From the NCBI GenBank assembly GCA_964584385.1, contig CAZOZW010000001.1, positions 1-62,475 of the forward strand: DNA of 62,475 bases, read 5' to 3'. The notes below the pieces were generated by a model that saw nothing but the letters and a program-made list of their open reading frames with translations, was not told where the DNA came from and ran no database searches. Positions 25,349 through 35,577 of the stretch are shown here, piece by piece. A program made the translations under genes and the position numbers. Each line of letters starts with the position of its first letter. Within the stretch, counting starts at the first letter, position 1. Source of the DNA: an uncultured Candidatus Peribacteria bacterium (GTDB lineage: Bacteria; Patescibacteriota; Gracilibacteria; CAIRYL01; GCA-016699755).

Positions 25349-26637
25349 CATTGAGCATCCGGACTCTTAGCACCTATCAGAACGGCGCCTCGGGCGTTGT
25401 TTCGATTCCCGGCAGTAAGTCGATCACCAATCGTGTTTTATTGCTTGCAGCTTTGTCGGATGGCGAAACACGAATCGATAATTCGCTCGAATCGGAAGAT
25501 GCCCAGCTCATGCGTGAAGCCTTGCAGCAGTTGGGGGTTCATATCGATAAACAAGGCAACACACTTACGGTAGATGGTGCAGGCGGCCTTTTTAAAACGG
25601 GGAACTACGAATTATATTTGGGGAATGCCGGTACTGCGATGCGGTTTTTAACCGCTGCAATGAGCTTTGTCGAAGGCGAGGTAAAACTCTATGGCAAAGA
25701 GCGTATGCACCAGCGTCCGATCGGTAACCTTGTGCAAGCCCTGAGCAAGTTGGGCGCAGAAATCACAGCGGCGGAAAAAAATAAATACCCGCCGGTGTTC
25801 GTTGCTGGAAAAGGCACCATTCCCGGAGGAGCATGTAAGGTTTCGGGGAAGATTTCGAGCCAGTTTCTTTCGGCGATTTTGCACATTGCCCCGCTGACGA
25901 ATAGGGGAGTGCATTTAAACATTGAACCGCCACTGGTTTCGAAACCGTATTTAGAAATGACAATTAAGTTGATCGAGCATTTTGGAGTGTTTATAAAACG
26001 CCTGAACGACCTTGAGTTTGAAATAGAGCCTCAGCGCTACAGCGGAACCGACATAACCGTTGAGGGTGATGCCAGCTCGGCAGCTCATATTATGGCGTTG
26101 GTACTTGCCGCAGGTGGCGAAGCAGAGCTTGTAAATTACCCGCTCAAAAGTATTCAGGGCGATGCGCGCTTTGTTGAAGTGGCACGTAAAATGGGAGCGG
26201 TGGTGCGCGAAACCGAAAACGGGATAAAAATTGTAATGCAAGAAGAGCTGCAGCCTTTGGGTGAGTACGACTTTTCGAACATGCCTGATGTTGCCTTGCC
26301 CGCAGCCACCGTTTGCGCTTTGGCGAACGGTAAGAGTGTGTTGACCGGGCTTTCGACACTGCGCGACAAAGAATGCGATCGCATAGAAGCCCTACGCCTA
26401 AACCTAGAGCGAATGGGGGCAAGTGTAAAAGCCACCGCCGATACCCTAGAGATCGACGGCGACAAAACCGCGCTCCACGGGGCGATGATCGATACTTATG
26501 ATGATCACCGCGTGGCAATGAGTTTTGCGGCACTTGGTACGGTGATTGAGGGAGTACAGATCGAAAATCCCGATTGCGTCCAAAAAACTTACCCCGAGTT
26601 TTGGCAGGCATACGAAACCCTTGCGAAAACCGATTAA
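25345..26637 (+). CDS. aroA: 3-phosphoshikimate 1-carboxyvinyltransferase (EPSP synthase)
   Basis: SIPGSKSITNRVLLLAALSDGETRIDNSLESEDAQLM...LGNAGTAMRFL...DHRVAMSFA. Confidence 0.95.
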   Translation: MTLSIRTLSTYQNGASGVVSIPGSKSITNRVLLLAALSDGETRIDNSLESEDAQLMREALQQLGVHIDKQGNTLTVDGAGGLFKTGNYELYLGNAGTAMRFLTAAMSFVEGEVKLYGKERMHQRPIGNLVQALSKLGAEITAAEKNKYPPVFVAGKGTIPGGACKVSGKISSQFLSAILHIAPLTNRGVHLNIEPPLVSKPYLEMTIKLIEHFGVFIKRLNDLEFEIEPQRYSGTDITVEGDASSAAHIMALVLAAGGEAELVNYPLKSIQGDARFVEVARKMGAVVRETENGIKIVMQEELQPLGEYDFSNMPDVALPAATVCALANGKSVLTGLSTLRDKECDRIEALRLNLERMGASVKATADTLEIDGDKTALHGAMIDTYDDHRVAMSFAALGTVIEGVQIENPDCVQKTYPEFWQAYETLAKTD

Positions 26638-26638
26638 G

Positions 26639-27202
26639 ATGAAGAATGTCGTTTTGATCGGCATGCGCGCTTCGGGTAAATCGGTGATAGGCAAACTACT
26701 CGCCAAAAGATTCAAGGTACCGCACTTCGACACCGACAAGGTGATTGTCGAACAAGCAGGCACGAAAATCGCAAATATTGTTTCTGATAAGGGCTGGGAG
26801 TATTTTCGCCAACAAGAGACAGAAGCCTGTCGCAAGGTGTCGCAAAAGCAAGGAGTGATAATTTCTACCGGCGGAGGTGTAGTGTTACGCGAAGAGAATA
26901 TGCAATTGCTACAGCAAAATGGCTTTGTCTTTTTTTTAGATGTGCCGATCGAGGTTTTAGTGGCAAGACTCAATAAGTCGAAGCAGAACAAAAACAGGCC
27001 CAGTCTTACCGGCCAATCGATAGCCGAAGAACTGGAAGAAGTTTGGCAAGAACGTGAGGAATTATACCGGGACTATGCCGATGCCACGTTTTATCTTACC
27101 GGCGGATCGCATGGCAAATTGCTACAAGAAGCACGAACAATCGAAAAGAGCATTCGGCGCAACAAATTACTGGGGTTGGCAGATAAGCGCAGTGGCCAAT
27201 AG
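26639..27202 (+). CDS. aroK: shikimate kinase
   Basis: MKNVVLIGMRASGKSVIGKLLAKRFKVPHFDTDKVI...ISTGGGVVLREEN contains a P-loop. The ATG at 26639 lies 2 nt after the aroA stop. Confidence 0.9.
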   Translation: MKNVVLIGMRASGKSVIGKLLAKRFKVPHFDTDKVIVEQAGTKIANIVSDKGWEYFRQQETEACRKVSQKQGVIISTGGGVVLREENMQLLQQNGFVFFLDVPIEVLVARLNKSKQNKNRPSLTGQSIAEELEEVWQEREELYRDYADATFYLTGGSHGKLLQEARTIEKSIRRNKLLGLADKRSGQ

Positions 27203-27806
27203 ATCACTCTGAGAAACATATAGAGCAGGGAGTCTGCTCACATCTTGCGAATGCGTTAGGTATACTTTTTAACAATCCAGGTGTCGAATGCAGACATCCC
27301 AGCTCTGGCGGGAACGAGAATTCTCCATAATAAACGAATGCAAAAAGTGTGCTTCCCCGGTTTTTTATCTGGTGGGGTTTTGGCGGGGGATAAAAATACC
27401 GGGGTCTCTTAAATGTCTCGGCAAAAGATAATAGTTGATTCCAGTATGTTAAAGCACAGATTCGCGCTATAACCTACTAGAAATTGCCAGAATCTACGCC
27501 GAAGCAAGTGAAGATATTATCAAACTAACTGGTGAGGCGTATTATAAAGAGTAGATCGTTCCAAGATCTAGAATTACTACACCAATGCGGCTAAGCACGT
27601 TTACATGTAGTATTTTTGTATGTGATTATTGAAAATGTAATAACCATCAAGTTTCTCAAAAACAAAAGATAATCCCCATAGCTGGAGTTCATATTAAGCC
27701 AAATCAGCAAAACGATGCTGCTGAAGTTGATAATCAGACTCAATGGCAGAAAAACAGCTGGCTGTTAAATGATATTTATGGCATATTTATAACAACTAAT
27801 CAATAG

Positions 27807-28796
27807 ATGCAACGATATACATTCTTTCTGATTTGCTCGGCATTTTGTCTGCTGCTAAACCCTTCTTCTGTAAGGGCAGATGGCATTGATGAAAATATCG
27901 ACAGCTGGGGGATTCAGCTCAGTAGAATAGATGTTGAGAAAATCGCGGATTCGACCCACGACCTAGTGGTGATCGATTACGCAGAGGATGGCGGATTGCA
28001 AGGGGGCATTAGCAAAGAAGAAGTATTACAGATGAAGCAAAACGGAAAAAAGGTGATTGCATACTTGCCGCTCGGCTTTGCCGAAATGAAGCGCTTTTAC
28101 TGGAACAGTCAGTGGCAGCAACCAAAACAAGAAGATTGCTATGAGCTCAGCTACAACACAAAAAAACGTACGTTCGAACAAATAAATACCTGCCCGAGTG
28201 GCAATGCTGCATTAGTCGGCGAAAAAACACCGGGGTGGAATGGCAGATTCGAGGCGAAATATTACAAGCGCGACTGGTGGGATCTGGCGATTGAGCCCAT
28301 GCTCAACCGCATAATCGAACTGGAATTCGACGGGGTGTATTTGGCGGGGATTGATGCTTTTTACACAAATACATTCAGTGGCACGCGGCAAAAAGCCGCC
28401 AACGAAATGGCGACACTGGTCGCCAAAACCGCATACTACGCACGTCGCAAAGCTGGGCAGAATTATATCATCATTGCCGAAAACGGCTCGGGCATTTTAA
28501 TCGATGCCTCCGCAAAATGGCGCAAACGCTTTACCGATATTATCGATGCCTTAGCGATTGAAAGCTTCGTATTCGATACAAGCACGGCAACATATCAGCG
28601 CCGCATCAGGGCTTTGAAAAAGTTCAAACTTTTGAAAAAACCGGTGCTTACGTACGAATATACGAATTCGAGCAACCTACCCCGATTACAAACTTTTTTA
28701 CAGAAGCTCACTGCCCGCTACGGCATTACAACAATTTTGTATCGCACGAACAACGACAAAGCTTTAGATGTTTTGCACCTCCCGAACACGCCATAA
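27807..28796 (+). CDS. secreted GH114/TM1410-family putative glycoside hydrolase (endo-alpha-1,4-polygalactosaminidase-like)
   Basis: Signal peptide present. DLVVIDYAEDG...KKVIAYLPLGFAEMKRFYW...WWDLAIEPMLNRIIELEFDGVYLAGIDAF resembles Glyco_hydro_114. Confidence 0.65.
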   Translation: MQRYTFFLICSAFCLLLNPSSVRADGIDENIDSWGIQLSRIDVEKIADSTHDLVVIDYAEDGGLQGGISKEEVLQMKQNGKKVIAYLPLGFAEMKRFYWNSQWQQPKQEDCYELSYNTKKRTFEQINTCPSGNAALVGEKTPGWNGRFEAKYYKRDWWDLAIEPMLNRIIELEFDGVYLAGIDAFYTNTFSGTRQKAANEMATLVAKTAYYARRKAGQNYIIIAENGSGILIDASAKWRKRFTDIIDALAIESFVFDTSTATYQRRIRALKKFKLLKKPVLTYEYTNSSNLPRLQTFLQKLTARYGITTILYRTNNDKALDVLHLPNTP

Positions 28797-28812
28797 TCAA
28801 CTACATTTTTAA

Positions 28813-31800
28813 ATGAGATTTCTGTCATTAATTATGACTTTCACAGTCGCGTTTTTCGCGATTTTTCCGTGTGCCGCCATACCGGAGCTAAAAGCAGAAG
28901 ATACAAACAAAGACACCGAACCGACAGCAGAAACACCGCTTGATGAAGATATAATTCAAGATACGACAGACAACGATGTCTCGCCAGAAAAACCGCCCGA
29001 TCCTACCGATGAGACAAAAGAACCACCTGCAGATGAGCAGGTCGAACCAGAGGAAGATGAACCAGATTCGAATCAGACAGATAATACAACGGAAGAAGGA
29101 ATCGATTCACCACAATTCGCCCAGCCGGGCGAAATCACGATATTTCAACTCGTTAGCAATCCGCTTGCCGGCGAGCAGGAATCGATCACTATTCAATCGA
29201 CAGTAGATTATATAACGCTGCTCACCGGTTTTACCGTGCATGACGAGGTCGGAGTGATTTTTTCATTCACCACCGAAACCACTCTGCCACCGCACGGCAA
29301 ACTCACGATTAGCGGCTGGGGGAACAAACTCAACAACAGTGGCGATTCAGTATTCATCGAAAATCCGAACGACGAGATTGTTGCCGAGGTGATTGAGTTT
29401 GGTGTTTTAGAGAAGGGTGAAGTTTTGTATCCCGAGAATAATGATGCCGAGCCGAATCCGCCGAGCGAAGAACCTGAAGATGAGCCGATCGGCGAAGATG
29501 ATCCACCCGAAACCGATGATGAGGATATGCAATTGCAACCGATTGCACCCGGAGAATTAGTATTAAGCGAAGCGGTCGCCAATCCTGTTGCCGGTGAGGA
29601 AGAGTGGATTGAAATACAGTCAATTGCCGTCGAAGAGAGGACATTAAAAGATGTGACCGTGTTCGATGCAGTGGGCGAGATCTTTCGTTTTGCCGATAAT
29701 GCAACGATTCTACCAAACCAATTCGTGGTGATATCGGGCTGGGGCAGCAAGCTTAATAATAGTGGCGACACCGTTCGCATAATGGCGAATGATGTCGCTC
29801 TGGTTGCAGCAAATGAGTTGCCAGCCACCAAAAAAGGTGATTCATGGTTGTTCGTTGAGCAAACAATAGGAATACCAACACCCGGCGCAGTGAATGTAAT
29901 CAAACCGGGCGAAGAAGTTGTGGAAGATTTTTTATATGAAGGAAGCGAACCCTTGCCACAAAAAGGTGAGATTATTGTAAGTGAAGTGTATTCAAACCCA
30001 ATAGAGGGAGAGGTGGAATGGATCGAGATTTTAAGTAACAGCGACAAAAACCTGCACCTGGGCGGCTTACGTCTTTACGATAACACCGGCGAGTTTTTTA
30101 CGATTGCACAGGGTACATTGATCGCGCCGAATCAATATCTGCAGATTTTGGGCTGGAAGACAAAACTCAACAACAGCGGCGACTCGGTAAAAGTGGTATT
30201 ACCCGATGAGCGGATTATCGCTAAGGTAAATGATTTTCCGAAATTGGATAAAGGTATAGCCTACGCCGTTTTCGATGATGGCTACAAAAAAACCGCGACG
30301 GCAACCCCGGGCAAACCGAACATGTTCACCGACCCCAAACCGCAAGAAAAAGAAGAACGAAAAAGTGTGCCACCGGTGCAAACCAAGGCACTCAATACCT
30401 CGGTAAAAGCGGAGGAGGTTGAGATGGTGATCAGCGAAGTGCATTTTAAGGGCCAACCGGATTTTATCGAGTTGGAATGTAAAAAGTGCGATACCGATCT
30501 GATCGGTATTCGAATAGCCGATGATGATGTGGTTTATGAGTTTGGCAAAGACAGTTTTGTCGCCAGTGGCGAGCGTGTCGTATTACGGTTCGATTCGCCT
30601 GATACAAAGCCATATTTTAAGGATGGCACTCATTATTTCGACACTGCTAAAAAAGGGCTGACCAGCACCGATGAAACCGTATTTTTGTTAGATTCGCGCG
30701 ATAAGGTGATTGATGCGGTTTGTATCGCAAACCGCAACGATAGCTTTTCGCCAGGTGAAAGAGATGACTTGGTATTCTTAATCCGTTCGAAGAAGATTAC
30801 TGGCGTGCATCCGTTTAGTGAAAATATTTGTGCCGATTCAAATCTGCTCGATGAAAACACATCATTAAGTGCAACCGGCAAAAACACAGGGCTGATGGAA
30901 TACGATTACTTTGCCGCACCCGTAACACTCGCTGCACCGAATCCGGCGCCGCCAATACACATTGAAAACACCGAACTGACGATTAATAAGGTATACCAAA
31001 TAACAGAAACCCATTTCTTAATCGTCATTATAAATGAAGGTAAAAGCGTGCCAATGAGCGGGTTTCGCGTAGTGGTGGATGATGAAGAATATGCACCGAA
31101 CGAAACGATGCTTGAATCTCAGGCGGCAAGCGGTGTACTTGTAAAAAGCGTGGGAATCAAACAGATCACATTAGTAGACGCGTGGAACCGCACCGGCACA
31201 TCAGTGAAAGACCCGCAATACGAAGAATTTACGTCGGGTGATTTAGATTTGGTGGTAAATGAAATACTGGCAAACCCAAAAGGCACAGATAACGGCAACG
31301 AGTTTTTCGAACTCACCTGTACAAAAGAGAACTGCCCTAAACAGCAGTTTATGGTTGCGGTCAACGACGAAATCAGCCCCTTGGTAAATGATATCAAAGA
31401 TGGGGAATTTACGGCAGTGTACGACATGCCGCTAAGGAATAGTGATCTGACTATTACTGTATTCGACATTATTAATGGCGTGCAACAATCACTTCGACTT
31501 AAAAAAGCCGAAGATGGCATTGCATTTGCCAGAAATGTGACAGGGGAGTATGAGCCGACCCCGTACCCAACGCCGAATGCCAAAAATATCATCGCCAGTA
31601 GCGACCCTGCCGCCGATAGTGATTTTGACGGTATTCCGGATTCGGTAGAAGTTGTATTAGGGCTCGACCCGCAAGTTTCGAATAAAAATGATGTTGTGGC
31701 GCAAAACTTTTACAAAACCTACCTGCGTCGCAACACAGAAGTGGCGATCCACGAGGTTGAACGGAGTTTGCAGATTCAAGGCAAAACAATCCCGTTTGCC

Positions 31801-32745
31801 GAAATCAAACTCGTACTTCACTCAACAAAGCAAGTAGTAAGCGGCATGGCAGATGATGCAGGCAACTTTTCGATCGAGGCGATTCCACGAATCGAAAACG
31901 GTACCCACAATGCCGATGCGGTAATCATCCCGCCGGGCGGCAATGCGCAGGTTTTTTTGCAGATCACCGATTTTACGATAAGTGAGAATTACCGCGACCT
32001 ATGGCTCGATTCGATAGAAATTATAGCGGTACTGCCGAACCCAAGCGGCAACGATAAAAACCGCGAGTTGGTGATAATAAAAAATACCGGTACGAGAGAC
32101 GGCATTGCAAAAGGGATGCAACTGAAGACCGAAAAAGAGACGGTTGAACTGCCCGAAATGACGTTTAAAGTCGGACAGCGCAAGGTGCTCAGCAGTGAGA
32201 TGATCCCCGCCTTGCGCAACACAACAGAATTGCTTCAACTGCTCGATAGCGAAGGAAAAGTTCTTTCGACAATCGATTGGCAAAAAGCGAAATCGGGAGC
32301 GTGGTATGGCGGCGAAGCACCTGCAATACCCGAAAAAACGAAGAAGGGGAGTTCGCGTAAACGAAAATATCGTCCGCCCTATATCCCACCAAGTTTGGAA
32401 GAAGCAGAGCTCCGCATCATCAATGGCGTTTTTGTAGGGTTTGCCGATGCCGGAATACAGATCGAGACAAAAGCGGGCACCGAAACCTTTTTCTTAAGCG
32501 AAGATTTTGATGAGCAGACTCTGCGGCGCTTCTTGGCTATTGGGCAAGAAGTTGAAGCCTATGTCGATGACAACACCCTGATTCATATCCGTGTGCCAGT
32601 GGCACCGTTAAGTACCCCCGAACAATCACCGTTTAATGCTATGTGGTTGATCTTGTCGCTGGTGGCGATTTCGGGGGGCACAGCAGGCATAACCCAATTG
32701 CTTGCACAAAGGGGTGAGTATGAATTCCTTTTTCGCAAAGCATGA
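28813..32745 (+). CDS. giant surface protein with about 6 lamin-tail-domain (LTD) repeats, acidic linkers, Ca-binding-like DxDxDG motif, C-terminal TM anchor
   Basis: Signal peptide present. Repeated LTD-like units include ITIFQLVSNPLAGEQESITIQ...ISGWGNKLNNSGDSVFI, LVLSEAVANPVAGEEEWIEIQ...NNSGDTVRI, IIVSEVYSNPIEGEVEWIEIL...NNSGDSVKV, VVNEILANPKGTDNGNEFFEL and IIAVLPNPSGNDKNRELVIIKN. Also DSDFDGIPD. C-terminal TM segment MWLILSLVAISGGTAGI. Confidence 0.8.
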   Translation: MRFLSLIMTFTVAFFAIFPCAAIPELKAEDTNKDTEPTAETPLDEDIIQDTTDNDVSPEKPPDPTDETKEPPADEQVEPEEDEPDSNQTDNTTEEGIDSPQFAQPGEITIFQLVSNPLAGEQESITIQSTVDYITLLTGFTVHDEVGVIFSFTTETTLPPHGKLTISGWGNKLNNSGDSVFIENPNDEIVAEVIEFGVLEKGEVLYPENNDAEPNPPSEEPEDEPIGEDDPPETDDEDMQLQPIAPGELVLSEAVANPVAGEEEWIEIQSIAVEERTLKDVTVFDAVGEIFRFADNATILPNQFVVISGWGSKLNNSGDTVRIMANDVALVAANELPATKKGDSWLFVEQTIGIPTPGAVNVIKPGEEVVEDFLYEGSEPLPQKGEIIVSEVYSNPIEGEVEWIEILSNSDKNLHLGGLRLYDNTGEFFTIAQGTLIAPNQYLQILGWKTKLNNSGDSVKVVLPDERIIAKVNDFPKLDKGIAYAVFDDGYKKTATATPGKPNMFTDPKPQEKEERKSVPPVQTKALNTSVKAEEVEMVISEVHFKGQPDFIELECKKCDTDLIGIRIADDDVVYEFGKDSFVASGERVVLRFDSPDTKPYFKDGTHYFDTAKKGLTSTDETVFLLDSRDKVIDAVCIANRNDSFSPGERDDLVFLIRSKKITGVHPFSENICADSNLLDENTSLSATGKNTGLMEYDYFAAPVTLAAPNPAPPIHIENTELTINKVYQITETHFLIVIINEGKSVPMSGFRVVVDDEEYAPNETMLESQAASGVLVKSVGIKQITLVDAWNRTGTSVKDPQYEEFTSGDLDLVVNEILANPKGTDNGNEFFELTCTKENCPKQQFMVAVNDEISPLVNDIKDGEFTAVYDMPLRNSDLTITVFDIINGVQQSLRLKKAEDGIAFARNVTGEYEPTPYPTPNAKNIIASSDPAADSDFDGIPDSVEVVLGLDPQVSNKNDVVAQNFYKTYLRRNTEVAIHEVERSLQIQGKTIPFAEIKLVLHSTKQVVSGMADDAGNFSIEAIPRIENGTHNADAVIIPPGGNAQVFLQITDFTISENYRDLWLDSIEIIAVLPNPSGNDKNRELVIIKNTGTRDGIAKGMQLKTEKETVELPEMTFKVGQRKVLSSEMIPALRNTTELLQLLDSEGKVLSTIDWQKAKSGAWYGGEAPAIPEKTKKGSSRKRKYRPPYIPPSLEEAELRIINGVFVGFADAGIQIETKAGTETFFLSEDFDEQTLRRFLAIGQEVEAYVDDNTLIHIRVPVAPLSTPEQSPFNAMWLILSLVAISGGTAGITQLLAQRGEYEFLFRKA

Positions 32746-34211
32746 CACGCAGGATTTGTTTGCGGCTGATCTACTTGAGCTTTTTAGCGGGCGTATTTGC
32801 CGCAACAACCTTTGGGTTTTTGGGAGTTGTGTTTGCATCGTTTGTGAGTGGGAGCATTGGCATTTATTACGCAAAAGACAAAAGGCTGTTGTATGCGGTC
32901 TTAATGATGCTGATTACGCTGCTGGGTGGCTTACGGCTGGGCACTGTGCATGAATCGGCCCCGATAGATGATATTGGCACCCTCGCCACCGAAGATGGCA
33001 CCGAAGTCACCTTTATCGGTTATATAGAGCATTTTCCCGATAAACGCTATAACACCACAAAATGGATTGTGAGCGTAACGGATATGATTGATGAACAAGG
33101 CCTAGCAGAAGTGACAGGAAAGGTGCTCGTAACCCTCTCTGAACGCACCGAAGTAGCGTATGGTGACGAGCTGAGGATTACCGGCAGATTGATCAAACCA
33201 TTTGAAAGTGATGAGTTTTCGTATCAAAAATACTTAGCGCGTGAGCAGATCTTTTCGGTGATGAATTTTCCTAGAATCGAAAAAACAGGAAGACAAAAAC
33301 ACCACCTGCTCTATTCACCGCTCTACGATTTACGGGTGAGGTTCGATCTGTCACTCAAAAAATACATCCCCGCGCCGGCTTCGGCTTTTGCCGCCGGTAT
33401 TTTGGTGGGAGACCGCAGCGGTTTTTCGCAAAAATGGGAAGATGCCTTTCGCATAACCGGTCTTTCGCACATGCTGGCGCTTTCGGGCTACAACATCACC
33501 ATTGTGATCTTGGCGATCTTTTTTGCTTTTTCGTGGCTACCGCTTCGGGTACGACTCGGCTTTACCCTGCTGATGCTCTTCTTCTTTGTGATTTTTGTCG
33601 GCAGTGGCGCCAGTATTATTCGCGCCGCCATAATGGGTGCGCTTGGTATGTTCGTGATCCATAGTGGCCGACAAGCGGTTGGCGGCGATCTACTGCTGAT
33701 CACCATCTTCATCATGGTACTATGGAAGCCGTTGATCTTGTTGTACGACCCCTCGTTCCAGCTTTCGGTCGGTGGCGTTTTGGGCATGCTCGCCTTTGCC
33801 ACGCCTATCTCGGACTATATAGAAGAGAAGCTCGGCAGCCGCTTTTGGGCCGAGCTCCTCGCCGCTACAATCGGGGCGCAGCTTGGTGTTTTACCACTAT
33901 TGATGTATCTTTTCGGCGAAGTATCGGTGATTTCACCCCTTGCCAATGCCATTGTGGCGCCATTTATCCCCCCGGCGATGTTGGTTGCGTTTTTATCGGG
34001 CTTTCTGGGGTTGTTCTCGGAAATGCTCGGGCACCTGTTCGGCTTTTTTAGTTGGAATATTCTACAATTAAGCTTGGTTTTAATAAAAACGCTAGCGAAG
34101 ATTCCGCATGCCGCAATTGCCGTTGAAGTGAGTACATTTGGCTTTTTTACTGTAACTGGCGGATTATTGACATTTTACCTGATTATGTTTCGAGCTAGGC
34201 GGGGGGCTTGA
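32742..34211 (+). CDS. comEC: ComEC/Rec2 family competence channel protein (DUF4131 + competence domain only)
   Basis: N-terminal TMs plus an OB-like segment (KWIVSVTDM...GDELRITGRLIKP). FRITGLSHMLALSGYNITIV is the competence-domain signature. Polytopic to the end. ATGA overlap with the LTD gene. Confidence 0.85.
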   Translation: MTRRICLRLIYLSFLAGVFAATTFGFLGVVFASFVSGSIGIYYAKDKRLLYAVLMMLITLLGGLRLGTVHESAPIDDIGTLATEDGTEVTFIGYIEHFPDKRYNTTKWIVSVTDMIDEQGLAEVTGKVLVTLSERTEVAYGDELRITGRLIKPFESDEFSYQKYLAREQIFSVMNFPRIEKTGRQKHHLLYSPLYDLRVRFDLSLKKYIPAPASAFAAGILVGDRSGFSQKWEDAFRITGLSHMLALSGYNITIVILAIFFAFSWLPLRVRLGFTLLMLFFFVIFVGSGASIIRAAIMGALGMFVIHSGRQAVGGDLLLITIFIMVLWKPLILLYDPSFQLSVGGVLGMLAFATPISDYIEEKLGSRFWAELLAATIGAQLGVLPLLMYLFGEVSVISPLANAIVAPFIPPAMLVAFLSGFLGLFSEMLGHLFGFFSWNILQLSLVLIKTLAKIPHAAIAVEVSTFGFFTVTGGLLTFYLIMFRARRGA

Positions 34212-34281
34212 TTTTTAATAAACAATTTCATACAATCATCTAGAATGGTGAAAATAGGAGAGGCAACATGTAGCATAATGA

Positions 34282-35394
34282 ATGAAATTTTTCCTCGATT
34301 TGTTCCATAACATCAGAATCAGGAAAGCTCGTAAACAACGACACGAACGAACCTTTTATGTTCCACAGAGTGTCTTTCTGCGCCAAAGCGTTAAGCAGGT
34401 AGAACGTGTCTTTTTCTGGCGAGTTATAACCCTTTCTACTCTTGGGTTATTCTTCTTTTCGATTATCCCGCGCTTTGCCGTTTCGAGCCCGCTCTACATG
34501 GCCGATGCCGCAATGCTCAATAATTTTCCGACAGAACAAATCATTTTTAGCGATGATGGCTTTATGCTCAAGCCCGAAGTATGGACCGAAGTCGGTGACC
34601 GCAGCGACGTTGGGGGAGCAATAGAATACACCGTTCAACCAAACGATACGATCGGCGGCATTGCACAAAAGTTCGGTGTTACCCAAAGCACCATTCAGCA
34701 GAACAATGATTTTCCTGATCCAAAACGCCTAAGACCCGGTAGCACTTTGATGATTCCGGCAACCGACGGACTGATTCATAACGTTGAAGCAGGCGAGACG
34801 TTAAGCGAGATCGCCGCCGAATACGATGTTGAGATCGAGAAGATAAAGCAGCAAAACGAACTTATTGCCGACGCGGTAATTCGTAGCGGTCAAAGTTTGA
34901 TTATTCCCGGAGCCGAAAAAGCGCCACCGGCGCCCGCACTGCCAACACCTGTAAAAGCAACGGGCGGCGGCGGAAACAATACCGTATTCGTGCAAAATGC
35001 TGGCGTACCCGCTGCAAAAGAAACCTTTGGTCAGCTTTTGTTCCCAACCCAAGGCAAATACACTCAGTTCTACCATTATGGTCATTACGCGGTCGATATC
35101 GCCCAAGGCGGCGGTGCACCGATCTGGGCAGCCGAAGGTGGCACAGTAATCAAGGCTGCATCGGGCTGGAACGGTGGCTACGGAAATGTAGTAATCATCG
35201 ACCATGGCAACGGAATGCGCACACTGTACGCTCATTTACGTGAGATGTATGTGAACGTAAACGACCAAGTCGGCCGCGGTACGGCAATCGGTTATATGGG
35301 GAATACCGGGCGTGTGTACGGAAGAACCGGAATCCATTTGCATTTCGAGGTGATTGTAAACGGCACTAAAAAGAATCCACTCGCGTATTTCTAG
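34282..35394 (+). CDS. LysM (x2) + M23 family metallopeptidase
   Basis: LysM motifs: YTVQPNDTIGGIAQKFGV and HNVEAGETLSEIAAEYDV. M23 motifs: HYAVDIA...GYGNVVIIDHGNGMRTLYAHL...GNTGRVYGRTGIHLHFEV. Confidence 0.9.
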   Translation: MKFFLDLFHNIRIRKARKQRHERTFYVPQSVFLRQSVKQVERVFFWRVITLSTLGLFFFSIIPRFAVSSPLYMADAAMLNNFPTEQIIFSDDGFMLKPEVWTEVGDRSDVGGAIEYTVQPNDTIGGIAQKFGVTQSTIQQNNDFPDPKRLRPGSTLMIPATDGLIHNVEAGETLSEIAAEYDVEIEKIKQQNELIADAVIRSGQSLIIPGAEKAPPAPALPTPVKATGGGGNNTVFVQNAGVPAAKETFGQLLFPTQGKYTQFYHYGHYAVDIAQGGGAPIWAAEGGTVIKAASGWNGGYGNVVIIDHGNGMRTLYAHLREMYVNVNDQVGRGTAIGYMGNTGRVYGRTGIHLHFEVIVNGTKKNPLAYF

Positions 35395-35423
35395 GGGTTA
35401 TCTATGATCGCAACAAATTTAAG

Positions 35424-35452
35424 AGGTCGATTCGCCGACCTGTCTCTTTTTG
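35424..35452 (+). terminator. putative terminator after the M23 gene
   Basis: Stem aggtcg / cgacct (35424-35429 / 35436-35441), followed by gtctcttttt. Confidence 0.5.
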
Positions 35453-35577
35453 TTATGCTTGAATCGCTCACTGAAAAATGACATGATCCATGTAAGAAAT
35501 GACCCCTCGGGGTGCGCATTGTAAAGAGGCGTGAGGGGTGCTAACTTCTACATCTATTATATTTTTAAAATCAGTCA

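Noticed and set aside
27203-27806. 604-bp AT-rich gap after aroK, containing a minus-strand frame of about 66 codons without a start (…FKRPRYFYPPPKPHQIKNRGSTLFAFVYYGEFSFPPELG…)
   Set aside because: No start codon, no recognisable motif and no RNA-gene signature (tmRNA, RNase P or SRP motifs were not seen). It may be a decayed gene remnant, but I cannot support any call.
29208-30047. Long antisense ORFs inside large genes, for example 29208-30047 (279 aa), 2043-2576, 4503-4907, 11174-13306 (several), 42210-42728, 46388-46984 and 54583-55149
   Set aside because: They lie wholly inside strongly supported genes on the opposite strand. They have low-complexity S/P/T/A-rich composition and no recognisable motifs. 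They are shadow ORFs of biased-composition genes.
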